From NCBI RefSeq assembly GCF_009914755.1, contig NC_060937.1: a stretch of 64,000 bases of DNA; one strand, 5' to 3'. The position numbers and the translations under genes were made by a program. This document shows, piece after piece, positions 63,801 through 64,000 of the stretch (position 1 is its first letter; each line of letters opens with the position of its first letter). Source of the DNA: the human T2T-CHM13v2.0 reference genome, Homo sapiens. Below the pieces are notes generated by a model, which did no database searches, was not told the origin of the DNA, and saw nothing but the letters and a program-made list of their open reading frames with translations.

Positions 63801-64000
63801 CATTAATACAACCACAATGAAAAACAGTTTGGAGATGCCTCAAACAACTAAAAATGGAGCTGCTGTATGATCCAGCAATTCCAGCAATCCCACTGCAGGG
63901 TATATACCCAAAATAAAACGTATCAGTATATCGAAGGGATATCTACACTCCCATGTTTGTCTTAGTACTTTTCACAATAGTCAAAATTTGTAAGCAACCT

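Larger units (their letters stand above)
57058..64000 (+). mobile_element. Near full-length L1M1/L1MA1-3-type element (runs off the window)
   Basis: 5' UTR ggaatagaagcctacacc...aaatcaggtgagcaatcacagtacctggtttt; ORF1 remnants 59030-59930 (ETETCDLSYRELKIAVLRKLKEI); ORF2 remnants from about 60350; about 0.12-kb deletion near 62503 removes the FADD region. Confidence 0.85.

Overview
AT-rich hominoid (probably human) genomic DNA, intronic or intergenic. I recognise no host protein-coding gene: every long ORF in the track comes from L1, THE1 or Alu. About 70% of the window is transposable element, by rough estimate. The main structure is a five-level nested LINE-1 stack (16.7-38.4 kb), reconstructed from target-site duplications (TSDs). 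It contains a full-length but dead L1PA3/L1PA2-type element on the minus strand (27763-33787) that keeps its YY1 site, the ZNF93-escape deletion and an open antisense ORF0 with both splice donors. Other elements: a complete THE1A MaLR provirus with DUX4 motifs, solo LTR16C and MLT1A LTRs, eight Alus plus a FAM, MIR/L2 fragments, MER5A and MER47 DNA transposons, a twin-primed L1MA, and a tailless 5S rRNA retropseudogene. Also notable are a compound (AAAAT)/(AAAGT) repeat in an AluJ linker and a near-perfect SOX2-OCT4 composite motif. I found no convincing undescribed biological system; the findings are unusual instances of known processes plus testable hypotheses. Subfamily names come from recalled consensus sequences, not a database search, and boundaries of old repeats are approximate.
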